Part shown: positions 1 to 13,865 of the stretch, piece after piece
Layout of the letters: the number at the start of each line of letters is the position of its first letter
Position numbering within the stretch: position 1 is the stretch's first letter
Source: Octopus vulgaris
Taxonomy: Eukaryota
Assembly: GCA_951406725.2 (NCBI GenBank)
Contig: OX597819.1
Coordinates: 49,538,001-49,602,000 of the forward strand
Reading direction: 5' to 3'
Length of the DNA stretch: 64,000 nt
The notes under the pieces: generated by a model
The model's database searches: none
What the model was told of the DNA's origin: nothing
Seen by the model: the letters and a program-made list of their open reading frames with translations, nothing else
Translations under genes and position numbers: made by a program

Positions 1-2443
1 TGCCAGTTCAGTCCCTAGCCTCAATGATATAACTTACATAACAACTTGGCTGCATCATATGGCACAGTAAATATTCTGAACTAGCAACACTATAACAGGG
101 GAATCATACAGACACACTGCAGTGTAAGTTGACAGAATACCTTGTATTTAGTCACGTTATTGCAGTTCATTCACTTGAATGTGCATTCCCAAGTAATGTG
201 TGGACTTGCACCATTAAAAATCATTTCTAAAAACAACAAAAATGCTTAGCAACATTTTATCCATCTTTACATTCTGAGTTCAAATTCCATGAAGGTTGAT
301 TTTGCCTTCTGTCCTTTGGTAGTCCATAAAATATGGTGTTAGTCAAATACTGGGGTCAATGGAATTGATTATCCCTTCTAAAATTATTGGCTTTGTACCA
401 AATTTTGAAACTGTTATCAATGACAACAAAAGATACATATTTAAAAGTCTAGTTTGGTTAACAACAAATCACAATGACATCGTTCCAGTAAGAATGAATA
501 CCAAACACAAGTTTAAAAACCGTTGGGTGTTTTGTCATTGCATTGATGGAGACTGCAATAAGTATTGATTAGTAATTAAGGTTTCTTCCAAGTCCGTGTT
601 GTAATTGTATTAAAAAAAAAATCCTATATGAACAAATGGTTTTCTGAATTAATTACGAGCAGCAAAGATAGCTTTGATGCAATGTTTAATGCATTATTCA
701 GTGTGTAAGGTTGAATAGTTGATTCATAGATTGCAACGGTGAGTGCACCATTTGAATAAAAATTTACCGGGTGAATAATTTTCTTCATTGAAAGTCATAA
801 TAATGCATTATGGAAAATACGTAATCATTGAGTTGTATAGTATATTTGGACAGTTAGGAGAACGTTAATATAGCATTTTATGGTTCTGGCTCTTTGTTGG
901 GTTCCAGGTGGGAGAGTTTTATAATGATGTTGAAGCCACCAGATTTGGGAATTCCTGATCTCAAGTTCTAATTAAACTTTTCTTGAAAGTAAGATTGGCC
1001 TTGGGCTGCTGATAGCTGAACAAGCTGAATTTCACAGCTCTTTACAAGTAAATAATTTTCACAACAAGGGGATAAAACTGCAAATAAGGAGTTTATTAGA
1101 ATATACAAGCTGAGAAACGATTCAAACACATCAGTGATTCAAATCTTTTCATTAGCATAACTGAGAGAGGGAAAGGGAGAGAGAGAGATCATATTGACAT
1201 CACGAGTAATGATCTCGACACATTTTTGTTACAATGTCAATAGAGTTGATGGAACTGACTCAACCCCCTCTCCTGAAATTACTGGCCTTGTGCCAAAATT
1301 TGAACTAATATTGCCAGCCATACAATCTCCAGAGCAGCTGAAGATTTGAAAGTCAGGAAAACAGCTGGACCATGTAGAATAGCTGATGAGTTTATAGTGG
1401 CATAACTAGATGAGTGAAAGATAGTCCTCTTTAGATGTAACAAAATTACTCCAAATAAATTCTTAAAAATTAACAAAAGCACATTAATTTGAATAAGACA
1501 TGGATTTCTTTAGATCAGCTGATACTTTCATAATACTTTTAATATATTGCATTTTCTTTCTTCTCTTTTTTTTACACACTATTATTTTCTTTTAACAAAA
1601 GTTGCAAAAGAATTCGATGACTTCTGATTTGGGCAATTTTAAATATGCCTTTGTAAGCAGTACATAGCAAAAGCTTCTTTCTACCACAGTCACAGCCAAA
1701 GGTAAGCATACAACTCTTTAACATATGACATGTGGCACCCTAGTTGATAACCTAAGTTGCTGGAGTCTTCAGTATATTACTACTAAAACTTATTTTGTTG
1801 ATTTTTTTCCCATTTTTATAGCTATGAAAGCCAAGTGAAATTTGAAGCCACAATCAATCAAAGCACTGCAAATTGTCTACTTCATACATAAGAAAGAGGC
1901 AATTGTCTCACACATAAGAGAGGGGAAATGAAATACTTTGCACATGCATGCATACACATGCACAATTTTGGGATGAATGTTACATGTTGAATGGTTTTTC
2001 TTTTTTTCTAAAAAAAATTCCCTAAAATTAGACAGCTTTGAATATCAAGGGATTTAAGGAGGTATTATAAAGTATATACATTCTGAGAAAGAAAGGAAGA
2101 TGGATTTTGGATCAGTTTACCATTTCAAGTTAGACTTGGTGGTTTAGATTTTGTTACAAGTTTTGTGCTGTACCACAACACTTAACTCCTAAATGGCCTG
2201 GTCCACTTTGATGTATATAGGTGCCACAGTGTTAGAACAATTCAATGCAATAAAAAGTAACAATGATGTAAAGATGGAGAATTACTTGTTAGATAACAGT
2301 TTTAAGCTTGACCATTTAGCTGTGAAAGGGATGGATTCATGGGAAGTGTTCTGGGTGGTAAGGCTCTCGAATCAAGATACTGCATGGGAGAAAAAGGGTT
2401 GACTCTAAAAGGAACCAAGCCACCAATATTGCCAGCACTTTAA

Positions 2444-2651
2444 GTCAGCAAGCTGGCAGAATCATTAGCACACCAGGAAAAATGCTTAGTGGAATTTTGG
2501 CCATCCTTACCTTCTGAATTCAAATTCCACCAAGGTCTGCTTTGCCTTTCATCTTTTCAGAGTTGATAAATTAAGTACCAGTTGAGCACTGGAGTCGATG
2601 GAATCGACTTAACCCCTCTCCTGAAATTACTAGCCTTGTGCCAAAATTTGA
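2444..2651 (+). mobile_element. tRNA-derived SINE family B (Nin/Deu-like central domain) with 15-bp TSD
   Basis: agctggcagaatc..ttcaaattcc..tttgcctttcatc..gataaattaagtaccag; TSD accaatattgccagc at 2422-2436 and 2652-2666. Confidence 0.85.
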
Positions 2652-2974
2652 ACCAATATTGCCAGCCATACAATCTCCAGAGTAGCTGAAGATTTAAATG
2701 TCAGGAAAGCAGCTGGACCATGTGGAATAGCTGATGAGTTTATAATGGCATAGCTAGAATGTGTACCATCCAGGATGGCCTTTGGGTTTGCCACCCACTA
2801 AACTGGCTTATAATGTAAACCCAATAGTGCTACTCTATAAAAACATCACACAGTGCAGCCTACCCTTCTCTCCCTAGCTATGCTACCACTTGTATAGTCA
2901 ACTAGATAATACAAGAAGATATCATAATTAAACATTAGTAACCTTATTAACTGTTGTATGAACAAATAAAATCC

Positions 2975-3700
2975 AGTGGGAAGAAGTATGAACTATGGTA
3001 TCAAATTGATGGCCCATGTAATGAAATTGATGGGAAGAGTCATAGTGTACATTAGATGCAGTTTGATTTTTGTGTCAAGAATTACCACTGATGTCACATT
3101 TCTAGTGAGTAAGCTCCTATATCAAGCATTTATCCTGGGAAAGGACTTTCACAGTGAGTTCTGTAATAAGATCATACAAGTATAGAGATACCATCAGCAA
3201 TGTGAGCATTAGCAATGGGTTCAGAACAAGGAATTTAACATGCAGGTATGACTCCATCAGGGTTCAGTCTTCAGCTCCCTCCAATTTATTGTAGCCCTGC
3301 AGGCTCTAACAGAGTGGTTTAAGACCAAGTTGACTTGAATTTCTTGTATATGACTACCTAGCTCTTTTGACAACCTGCAGATTTAGAAAAGAAATTCCAG
3401 ATATGTAAATAAAACATAGAATTGAGAGGTCTCAATGTAGACATAACAGAGATTAAAGCTTTAGTAAAGTAGGAGAGAACACAAGCCCCAGATATTATCA
3501 GAGAAGTGGATGTACTTGATATGCAGAAAAAGAGTTGAGAGTGTTTCCAGTGAAAACTATGGATGCATAAGATACATGGTTGAATCAGAGATAGGCTGGC
3601 AGAGAAAATAGATTTTGTATGTGGCAGATAAACAGAAGCAGCTATCAGTAAGAACACATAGGAAATAAATTCTTCAAATTCTCAGAAGGCTCACAAGAAG
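2975..3700 (+). mobile_element. Old, heavily decayed RTE RT fragment
   Basis: Residual similarity to 18600-19450 (ggtatcaaattg..gtaatgaaa; ccatcagggttcagtcttcagc; aaactatggatgcataag; tttgtatgtggcaga). Confidence 0.7.
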
Positions 3701-4197
3701 TGACTAACTATCACATTCCAACTCATATGCTTTCTTTCATTCACCTTCTCAGCCATGTCTACCTTGGGCAAATGGAAACCACATGGAAAGTAAAGAATCT
3801 TCAGTCCTTCTAGGCACAAAGCAATCACTTTAATACTGGTGCCACAATAAAATTCACTCTGAAAAGTGATTAGTGAAAAACTGAGGCAAGAGAGAGTGGA
3901 GAAGATTTGTTACACCACAACCACTATCACCATCACAACCACCAACACTGCCATCTCAGCACTAATGCTATGATAAAATATTCTCTGTAAGAGTATGGTC
4001 TGTAAAGTGGTTGGTGTTAAGAAGAGGATCCAGTAGTGGAAACCAAGTCAAATGAAATGTCTGAACAAGAAGTGATCCCTCAACTGTTTATGAGGGCAGT
4101 AATGCTGCATAGATAACTCAGACTAGGATATCCTCTCCAACCAATGTCAGCTTGGAAAACGAGCATAAATTATGAGCACTGTGTGTATATATATATA

Positions 4198-4543
4198 TCA
4201 TCATCATCATCGTTTAGCGTCCGCTTTCCATGCTGGCATGGGTTGGACGGTTCAACTGGGGTCTGGGAAGCCAGAAGGCTGCACCAAACCCAGTCTGATC
4301 TGGCAATGTTTCTACGGCTGGATGCCCTTCCAAACGCCAACCACTCCGTGAGTGTAGTGGGTGCTTTTTACGTGCCACCGGCACAGGTGCCAGACGAGGC
4401 TGGCAATCGGCCACGATCGGATAATGCTTTTTATATGCCACCGGAAAGGGGACCAGGCGAGGCTGGCAATGACCACAATCAGATGGTGCTTTTTACGTGC
4501 CACTGGCACAAGGCCTTTCGGGGCGGCGCTGGCAACGGCCACG
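4198..4543 (-). mobile_element. RTE 3'UTR fragment or non-autonomous derivative
   Basis: Reverse complement of 20250-20585 including the (GAT)n tail. Confidence 0.88.
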
Positions 4544-5149
4544 TTTTATATATATATATAAATTTATAAATTTTATTTATTTGAAAATCATATCATTTCA
4601 AAACAAAAATCATTTTAAAATTTCTTTTAAAAAATTAGGTAAAAGATAATTTTAAATAGATGAATTAATTTATACATAGCTCCTTTATTTAATTCAAATG
4701 AAATTTTAGATAAGATGATTGTATCAAGCCATATGATAATTTTACTTTATGATTCAATAAATGTATATTAATGAGTGTTAAACAAATGAAGTAAGTTGCT
4801 GGAGATTTGACTCTGTGATCTGGTTTCAGTTTCTTGTCTTAACCATCTAACTTTAATTACTTCATAAATTTCACTGAAAGAAAGATGAACAGCACACATT
4901 CATTTCTCACTATAAAACAGAGGCATTTCACTTATGTACAAAACATTTTTTTAAGGATACATTTGAAGCAAAATCCTTTGAGATGACATTTTAGTGTTTC
5001 ACTTTTTTGTCACATGTCTTAATTGGTCCAATTAGAGACCAGTAATTTGGCAACTATTTTTTGTCTTTTTAAACAATAATAAAAATTCTTTCTCTTCTTG
5101 TCACTTCTAATTTGCAATCAGTAAACATGAGCCAACAATTTTATGTAGC

Positions 5150-5745
5150 TTGTTCTTGTAGCTGTTAGCTAGCCATTAGCACTTGGTCTAGCTTCAATGG
5201 AAGAGAATCAACTTAAAACTCAAAATGTGTTAATGTGAATGAGAAACTACATATATTAATTGTTAATTTCTCTCAGTTTAAAAGCACATATGTTATCTTA
5301 TCATTTGTGTATCATACTAGATCTATATACAACACTGGAAGGCTGAAAGGCATGATGCTGTGGCTTTTGTTTGAGAGAAAATCTCTTCATGGACATTTTG
5401 CATTAAAATGAACCTGACAAACTTTCTGTAATACCAGTGAATATACTATTCACTGTTTTCTTTATATCAGAGCATGGATTTTGTCTAACCAAGGGACAAG
5501 CAAATGTACAGCACTGACAAGCTCCAAGTAGGTATCTGTCATTTTTGTGGATCACTGTTGTGGCAATGTTTTTCTTGCTCCAATATACATTGTGTTTTTA
5601 ACATAATGTGTCTATGCAGCAAGTTCTTGTCAGATAAAACAACAGCATTGTTCCTTTTAGCAGTGTATCTACATTTAGTATGATATACAGCTGGAAATTT
5701 TAATTTAATGCTGCTTTTTTACAGCCTGGCATATATTATCTGTTT

Positions 5746-5801
<56 letters not shown>

Positions 5802-6310
5802 TTCTCTTTACTGCAGGGCATTATCTACCATATGAACAAGAAAATATGTACAAAGGCCTTCTACAACATAAACTGTTTGATTGACCTTGCAAAACTAGAA
5901 AATATGTTCTTATATTCTTTTAGCACATTATGCACATCCAACTTTTTCTTTCTTTTCACTGTATTAATGTTTTATTATTTTTTTTTTAGCTGTACTCACA
6001 AATTACATGCTGTGAACTAATTAAAAAAACTATTGAATTATAGAAGAGGCCTATTTTCTGTTGAGATGTAAGAAATAAAAGAAAAATTAACATAATTTAT
6101 CATTATTGTTATCTTTGCAATTTCTTGAAAGTCTTACATTCAACACCACATTATTTGTAATCCAAAAATCAATACATCAGATCTCCCAATTCTAATAATT
6201 TATTCAAATACATTTCTATGTTTATTCCTCAAATATTATGTTTATTTACTTTTTACCAGAAGACTGGGAACTATGTCCACACTAACTCTTTTCCATCTCG
6301 TGATACTAAG
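5150..6310 (+). pseudogene. Possible heavily decayed rhodopsin-family GPCR pseudogene
   Basis: Ordered TM2-TM7-like fragments with stops and frameshifts (see findings); manual reading only. Confidence 0.3.
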
Positions 6311-7131
6311 TTAAAGAATACATAGTTGGTCGGTCTGTCTGAAAGAGTACTCCATGATATTATATTTGACAGGAATTAAGTTTCATCTTGTCTCTTTTTG
6401 CCTTTTATCCCCAGGATTAGATTATAGATTATGATATGATAAATTTTTAAATACCACCAGTTACACAGAAACTGCAATTGTCCTATCACTGTCTTATTTA
6501 TACTGTGGTTACTTGAAATGAGATTAAGGTTTATAAAGATTTTATAAAGAAATAGGTAAACCATTATATAAACTCTTGCAATAACTCTTGAACTTCAGGC
6601 AACTGTCAGTATAAATCTATATATATTCTTAACTGAAAACCATTTTTTTCCTTTTGCTCGTAATAAAAATATTTTTGATAGAATAAAATTACAAAATTTT
6701 ACAAATTCAAGCTCTTTCTTTTTTTCTTTTCTTTTTTTTTCTTTCTTTTCATGACAATGAGTCATGCAAAAGTTTCATTGTTCTGGCAGACAACATGATT
6801 AAGATGAACATAGAATAGTAAAAAGAGATGCACTGAAAGAACCATTCCACTTTATGGGGATCATTCCATTAAATGGCTATCTCTACCTCAATCAGATTGA
6901 GTCGGAAAATGGTTCAGGTATCCAGATGTTTCCACTGCTGTAAGTTTGGAAAGGGGCCTATCTAGAAGCAACTGATATTTTGTCAATTTACAACACTCAT
7001 CCTGGCTCTGATGCTGATACCACCAGATTACCACTGAAACCTGCAGGTTAGTTCCCAGATCAGAGACTTACTGCTTTGGAATGAGAAGATTGTGATGCCA
7101 TCTGGTCTTTTACGATCTTCTTGGTCTAATC

Positions 7132-7796
7132 CAGCAATTCTCAACTGGGGTCCATATGGCCCTTGGAAGTCCACATTACATTTTGTTATTAAAATCTATG
7201 TGCAATAAATTGGTTATACTTCTCCAATACACTGTAGGCATAGGAGTGGCTGTGTGGTAAGTAGCTTGCATACCAACCACATGGTTCCGGGTTCAGTCCC
7301 ACTGGGGACAAGTGTCTTCTATTATAGCCTTGGGCCGACCAAAGCTTTGTGAGTGAATTTGGTAGATGGAAACTGAAAAGAAGCCCATCGTATATATACA
7401 TATGTGTGTGTGTGTGTGTGTATGTTTGTGTGTCTGTATTTGTCCCCCACCCAACATTGCTTGACAACCGATGCTGGTGTGTTTATGTCCCTGTAACTTA
7501 GCAGTTTGGCAAAAGAGACTGATAGAATAAGTACTAGGCTTATAAAGAATAAGTCCTGGGGTCGATTTGCTCGACTAAAGGCGGTGCTCCAGCATGGCCA
7601 CAGTCAAATGGCTGAAACAAGTAAAAGAGTAAAAGAGTAAATATTTTTAACAATTTTTTTTGTACAATTTCTAATGATATTTACTTATAAAAATACGATA
7701 GGATTTTTTTTAAAAAAACGACTGACTATGGAGTTCCAGTATAGTTAAAATAGAAATGAAAGGGGTCCATAGGCAAAAAGTGATTGAGAACCACTG
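7132..7796. mobile_element. hAT-type MITE with nested SINE
   Basis: TIR cagcaattctcaa / ttgagaaccactg; 8-bp TSD gtctaatc (7124-7131) / gtctaatt (7797-7804). Confidence 0.75.
7237..7640 (+). mobile_element. tRNA-derived SINE, family A (full length)
   Basis: A/B-box head (ggctgtgtggtaag...ggttcagtccc), internal (TA)(TG) tract, tail gtaaaagagtaaaagag; multiple copies in window. Confidence 0.88.
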
Positions 7797-8700
7797 GTCT
7801 AATTTATGTTGGCTGTAGTTGCAATGGAAAGCCAATTACATCCAAACCTTGTTTGATGAAATCACTGAAAATGGTATGCTGAGAGAAGTTACTCATTACT
7901 GAAGCAGTGTTACAACAAAACATGTCTAAAAACATCTGTAAGTTTGGGTTTCTAACATAGACATACAGGCTCAGTTTGCGGACAAAGTATATAGTACTTA
8001 TGTCAGTACTTGATGGGTACTTTACTCAATAGATATCATAAGGAAGAAAGGCAAAATCTTGACTCTGGTGGGATTTTATTTTGTGCTCTGAAGAAAGTAT
8101 TGATTTTTTTTTACATTGAGGCAAGGTCACAAGTTTAACGGGGGAGGGCATAGGGGATTAAATCCGCCTCAGTACTCGACTGCTACTTTATTTTTAACTA
8201 TCCTAGAACGATGAAAGGCACAATTGACCTTGGCAGACTTGAACTTCGAACAGAAAGGGCTGTATCGAAATACTGTGAGGCAGTTTTGTCTGATGTTCTG
8301 GCAATTCTACCAATCTGAAAACTATTACCATAATAATATTTCATTAGAATTCTGAAAAAAAATGGCCATATTTTTTCTTTATCTTTTTTTGACAGAATGT
8401 AAAAAAGATTGGATGTTGTTTTCCATTGTGCATGCTTTGCCATTCTGTTCAGTTCTCTTTGGTGAACTGGGTTTTTTTTTATATATATATTTGTTTCTTT
8501 TTGTTGTTTTTTTAATCCTTTCTCTCTGAACAATCATATTTCTTGCGTTGTGGATATTGGTCGTTTGTTCTATTCAATATCAATCCCACATTGTATCGAG
8601 TTAAATAATAGTAGCTTCCATCTAGAAGTAACGAAATAAATTGGAAAAAGCTATCTGAAACAACAAGTAAACAGTTGGACAGAGAACCATTTCAAATAAA

Positions 8701-8713
8701 CCGGATGTGACGT
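8701..8713 (+). promoter_or_regulatory. ETS-CRE composite-like motif ccggatgtgacgt
   Basis: One mismatch to CCGGAAGTGACGT in a locally CpG-retaining patch; no linked gene identified. Confidence 0.25.
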
Positions 8714-9104
8714 TACAAATCAAATCCATTGGAAAATTCCAGAAAAAAAAATCTGCTTACAAAAAGAAGAAAGAACTGAAATTTTTTCTTGCTAGTGTAA
8801 TCGAATATAACTTAATTTGGTAAAATGAAATTATTGAGATTTTCAAGCCTTTTTCTAAAATCCATTTAACTTAATAAATTGCTGAAAAGTAGATTTAAAA
8901 TTTATACACACATGCACATGCATGCATATGTATATATATATATATATATATATATCTCCAACTGCAGAGATAACATTCAGATAAAAATGTATATACTCTC
9001 CACTATATCATGTAGGAGTTCTTTGTTATATAACTAAGAATGAAGGCCTGTCTGTTTGTCTGTGTATGTGTATGTATGCGTGTGTGCATACATAGAAACA
9101 TACA

Positions 9105-9164
<60 letters not shown>

Positions 9165-10041
9165 TGCATACATTCATAGACACACATATACATACACATG
9201 CATACACACATAATATATATGCATATATATCATTTTCTTCATTTAGTGCCCATGTTCCTTACAAGCATTGGTTGGATAATATATATATGTATATATCATC
9301 ATTTAACATTCATTTTCCATGCTGGCATGGGTTGGACAGCTGGTAAATAGAGGAATTTTATTTGTTTCTTGTCAAAGCTCAAATCTGAGGGCCTGAAGGA
9401 AGTTGTGGTATCCATAGAAAGTATTTCCTGTGGTTATTAGCATCACAATTGAAATGAAAATGCCAATAATCCATAAATACCTGGTCAAAGCCCCAGTTTG
9501 CCTGAAATTTCTCTCTGTTTCAGATGCTTAAGTAAAGAAAAGCAATAATAAAAATTGTTTGTGAGGAATAATTCCTTAAGTGAAACATTTTTTGAAACAT
9601 AATTATAAAAAGAAAGCTGATAAATCATTTTTGTTTTTAACAGCGAATAAAAAGAGACAGTAATATTTAAATCAATAGTTGAGAAATTGAAATTCCCTAT
9701 AGGATAATAATAGTCATTAAAAAATATTTACTCAAAAGATGAAATATTTAAAAATAACATACCTGTTTTATGCACACTTAATGTTGTATTCTTCGTATTA
9801 TACTAAGGTCAACTTTACAAGTCAAGTACTGGAATTTATATTATCTACTGATGGCTGTCCTACACATTTCAAGACATGCCTATTCTAGAAATAACTGTTG
9901 TTGTTGTCAGTGGCTGCCACTGCTACTACCTTTGCAGGCTCTCCAAGACTGATGGGATCATTATTAACATTCTTCTTTAAAAGTTCCAAGTTGATATCTG
10001 CAGGAAAAACATGCACAGAGAAATGAATTTCAGAGAATTAC

Positions 10042-12097
10042 TTTTATATCCTTGTATGTTGGATATATAATCTAATGAAGCAGTGGAGAAAGAAAGTATT
10101 TACATGACACAATACAATTACTATTACACAAAACTCAACGCTTTCAACCACAGCTCACAGTGAACTTCTTACCAACTGAATTGCCAATCACTCACAGTTC
10201 TTCATCTTATAACAATGAGTCAGTCCACCTTTAATTACTTGAGAATTGAACTCCACCCCAAGTTGTAATAGCTCTTACACTTAGGGTTCAATTCCAGTGT
10301 TTCCATTATTTTCTGTTTTCTGGTGCTAGAATGTGTAGTTTCAAATTGTTTGGGTGTTGGTACCTCAAACATGTCATACAATACTTCCATGAGGATATTT
10401 TTCCATGAATCTTTTCTTAAGATGATTAAAATGTCTTTTCTGTTCGACATCTTTTCCTTTTACCAGAATATTATTCTTCCAATTTTTTCTAATCTCTCAA
10501 ACTCTAAGTTTATCTGTTATAATGCTGTATATAGTACAGTTAGTTTTTATTTAAATGTTGACATGGTGTTTTCTTTTATTTTGAACCTCACCTTTGTTTT
10601 GGTGCACAGACATAATTCATCAGACAAAACTTGAGAAAAACACAATTTTTTTTTTCAATTTGTTTGACAGCTGGTGGAAAAACTATTCACATTTTTACAG
10701 AACAGATTTATGGGGAAGTTCCATAAATTAAATAATTCCATCCAGTCAGTTCTGAATAAGTTTGTTTTACTTTTAAGGCTTTGTCATGAAATGTAATGTC
10801 ACTTAGCAATTCGCCCTTAGAAAATAATCTTTTTCTTGAAACACCATGGTCAATTTTCAAAGTTTCAATTAATCTAGGTTTCCCAATTGTTTTCCATGCA
10901 TCTGCATTAATTATCGTGGAATTGCTACCTGTATCCAATTGTAACTTTACGCTTGTGTTACTAATTTTTACATATACAAATTTCCTTTGAGTCTTGTTTG
11001 CATTTTTTGTCACCGATAACCCATTTTTTGTCACTGATAACCCATTTATTTTTATACCCTATTTTACCTTACTAGAAGTATTTTATATTTTTAACAGACA
11101 GTTATTTTTAAAATGTAGACCACTGCACCATAACATGGATTCAGTCTTGACATTTGTTTCTTATCTGATAGTGGTTGACATGCTTAAACATGAGAACAAT
11201 TTTTCTTTTCAGTTTTATTTACATCCTGTCTTTGATTAATAATCCTCTGACATTCCTCTGCTACTGCCTGCAGAGTTAAATTTTGGTCCTTTTCTAGTTT
11301 TGTTAACATCCAGGAATGTATATCTGCATCTTTGATTGCAGTAAACCCTTGAACAAAAATTAAACACTTGAACATGTCCAAGATCACCTCATTCAGTTTG
11401 AATTTATCACACTCTCTGTTAACCAGTTTGGCATAGGTGACGAAATCTTCATCAATTTTTTTTTACTAAGTTTAAACATTGTCAGTGAGTATTGAACAGA
11501 GAACTTCTTTCACTGAAAATTTTCGATAAAAAATTAATTGTTTCATTGAAACAAATCTCACCTGGCTTTTTTCAGTGGGGGATAACTTTCTTAAAAGTAA
11601 TTATACTTTTTCTCATTGGACCAACTTTTACACTCTTTGAATAATTCTTCATGTCTTTGAAAATATGCGAACTTCTTAGACTTCTTCAACATTAATTCCA
11701 GCATCTGTTAGTTTTGTTATTGTTGCTGTTGTAGTTGCTGCTTCTGTTACTGCTGTTGCTGTTGCAACTGCACCATGGAGGCCAATAAGTTCTCCAGGTT
11801 AAAATTTTTCCTTTGGTTTCATACAAAAAAATAAATTTTAATGTCCATTGCAAGCTTTGAAATATTCATCACCACTTTTATATCCTTTTATGTTGGATAT
11901 ATAATCTAATGAAGCAGGAGGGAAAGAAAGTATTTACACAATGCAATGTGATTACTATTGCATGAGACGCTCTCAACCATGGCTTACAGTGAACTGCTTA
12001 CCAACCAAACTGCCCAATCGCTCACAGTTCTTTATTTTATAACAATGAGTCAGTCCACCTTTAGTCACTTAAGGATGGTCAGAATCTTTCCACAACA
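10042..12097 (-). mobile_element. Gypsy/Ty3-like LTR retrotransposon, internally deleted (gag-protease kept, most of pol lost)
   Basis: Direct repeats 10042-10243 and 11876-12097; PBS-like tggtgatgaa next to the 5' LTR; protease LQLDTGS in ORF 10708-11034; gag-like DMFKCLIFVQG; flanks attac/gttac as a near-TSD. Confidence 0.88.
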
Positions 12098-13481
12098 GTT
12101 ACCATTCTGGAGAAGGCTTGGTGTAGTGGCTAATGCAAGAGATGGGGAAAGTGGGTACAATAGGAATAATGAATGATTTGAGTTCTCCCAAGTAGAGTTG
12201 GCATGAGACCATCCAAAGCTACTGCTGTAATTGTACTAAAAGAAGAAAGAAAAGGGACAGCATATCTATGGTAAGAAATTTCATATACCCTTTCTTGGAA
12301 TGTAGTTGAGGATGTATCTGGATATAGTAGCAGCACCATCCAAGATATGGAAACAATGGTTTCAAATTTTGGCACAATGCCACCAATTTTGGGGAAGGGG
12401 TGGGTCAATTACATTGACCCCAGGACTTAACTGGTACTTATTTCATCGATCCCAAAAGGATGAAAAGTAAAATCAACCTAGGCAGAATTTGAACACAGAA
12501 TGGATAAATTGCCCCTAAGCATTTTGCCCACCATGCTAATGATTCTCCCAAGATTTTACCAGAGCTTTGTAAAGTGTTAGTTTCTGTTAGGGACTAAAGT
12601 ATTTTCCAACTCTGAAGTGAAAGTTAATCTTTGTGATGCCTTTATGGTTACACTGAGGATACACATTATTCTCTAAAAGAGATCCCTAATAATTGGGATA
12701 CCTAGCTCTCAGTGAGACCTTATAGTGTCTTGGTCATGTTGTTCATTTTTAGAAGGGGTTAAAGAAATTGATGAAGGTAGTGAGCTGGTAGAATTTTTAG
12801 CTCACGGACGAAATTCTTTGTGGTATTTCATCCATTTTTATGTTCTGAGATCAAATTCTGCCAAGGTTGACTTTGCCTTTCATTTTTTCAGGATTGATAA
12901 AAAAAAAAGTGCCAGTTAAGCACTGGGATTGATGTAATTGACTTAATTACTATTGGCTATGAGTTTAAAAATGAAGAACAACATCCCTCTGCCAAGCCAT
13001 GTTGAGCTAGTGTAGTAGAGTAGGCTCATCAAACCAGTATGATCTCAAGCAATATTTTTGTGGAGAAAATATGCTGAGGCCTTTATTCTGCTGTGGACTG
13101 AATACGGACAATCCAAAATATATTGGTAAGACCAACATATCATGAGTGATGGACAGTGATTTCTGACCCTGACACAAGACACAACTTTCAAGAGACAATA
13201 TTAACTGATGTTTATTTTATCAACTATGAAAAGATAAAAGGAAAGTCAACTCTAGAGATATCTGAACAAGCAACTCAATTTGAATTTCTACTACAAACAG
13301 AGGGATACATATTTTTAAAGAGCAAAGTAGAGTTGATTATATTTACCCCAATACTTGACTGGTACTACATTTTGTTGACCATAAGATAAAAAAAATAAAA
13401 GCAAAGCTGACCTCAGCAAGATTTGCAACCTGTGGTCTACTGATTCTCCCATCTATCACACATAGAAATGGTTGTTAATAT

Positions 13482-13803
13482 TGGCATTCTATCAGCTGTG
13501 ATAATAAGGGTTTCAGTTGATCTGATCAATGGAACAGCCTGCCCATGAAATTAATGTGCAAGTGATTAAACACTCCACAGATATGTGTACCCTTAATATA
13601 TTTCTCAGGGAGAATCAGCATGACTCAGAATATGACAAGGCTTGTCCTTTGAAATACAGGTACAACTCATTTTTGCCAGCTGGATGGACTGTAGCAATGT
13701 GAAATAAAGTATCTTTCTCAAGGACACACTGTGCTGCCAGGAATTGAACTCACAACATCAATCACGAGCCAAATACCCTAACCACTAAGCCACATACCTT
13801 CAC
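13482..13803 (-). mobile_element. tRNA-derived SINE family C (CORE-like central region)
   Basis: Minus-strand head gtggcttagtggttaggg...gtgagttcaattcc then ccttgagaaagatacttt; decayed relative at 30125-30370. Confidence 0.7.
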
Positions 13804-13865
13804 GGTTGGTTAATAGTGCCAACAAATAAGAGAGATGAAGAAAGAATGGCTGGAAAAAAAAACTT

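Noticed and set aside
4144-4569. 141-aa ORF and similar ORFs at 20139-20550, 40451-40837, 41082-41629, 48282-48577
   Set aside because: Incidental frames in GC-richer RTE 3'UTR copies
6750-7050. Balanced-composition stretch that looks exon-like
   Set aside because: All frames checked contain stops and I recognise no protein family
7237-7310. tRNA-like A/B boxes
   Set aside because: SINE heads, not functional tRNA genes; no full cloverleaf and continuous with SINE body
11715-11772. CAG/CAA poly-Gln tract on minus strand
   Set aside because: Lies at the gag N-terminus of the LTR element, not a host gene
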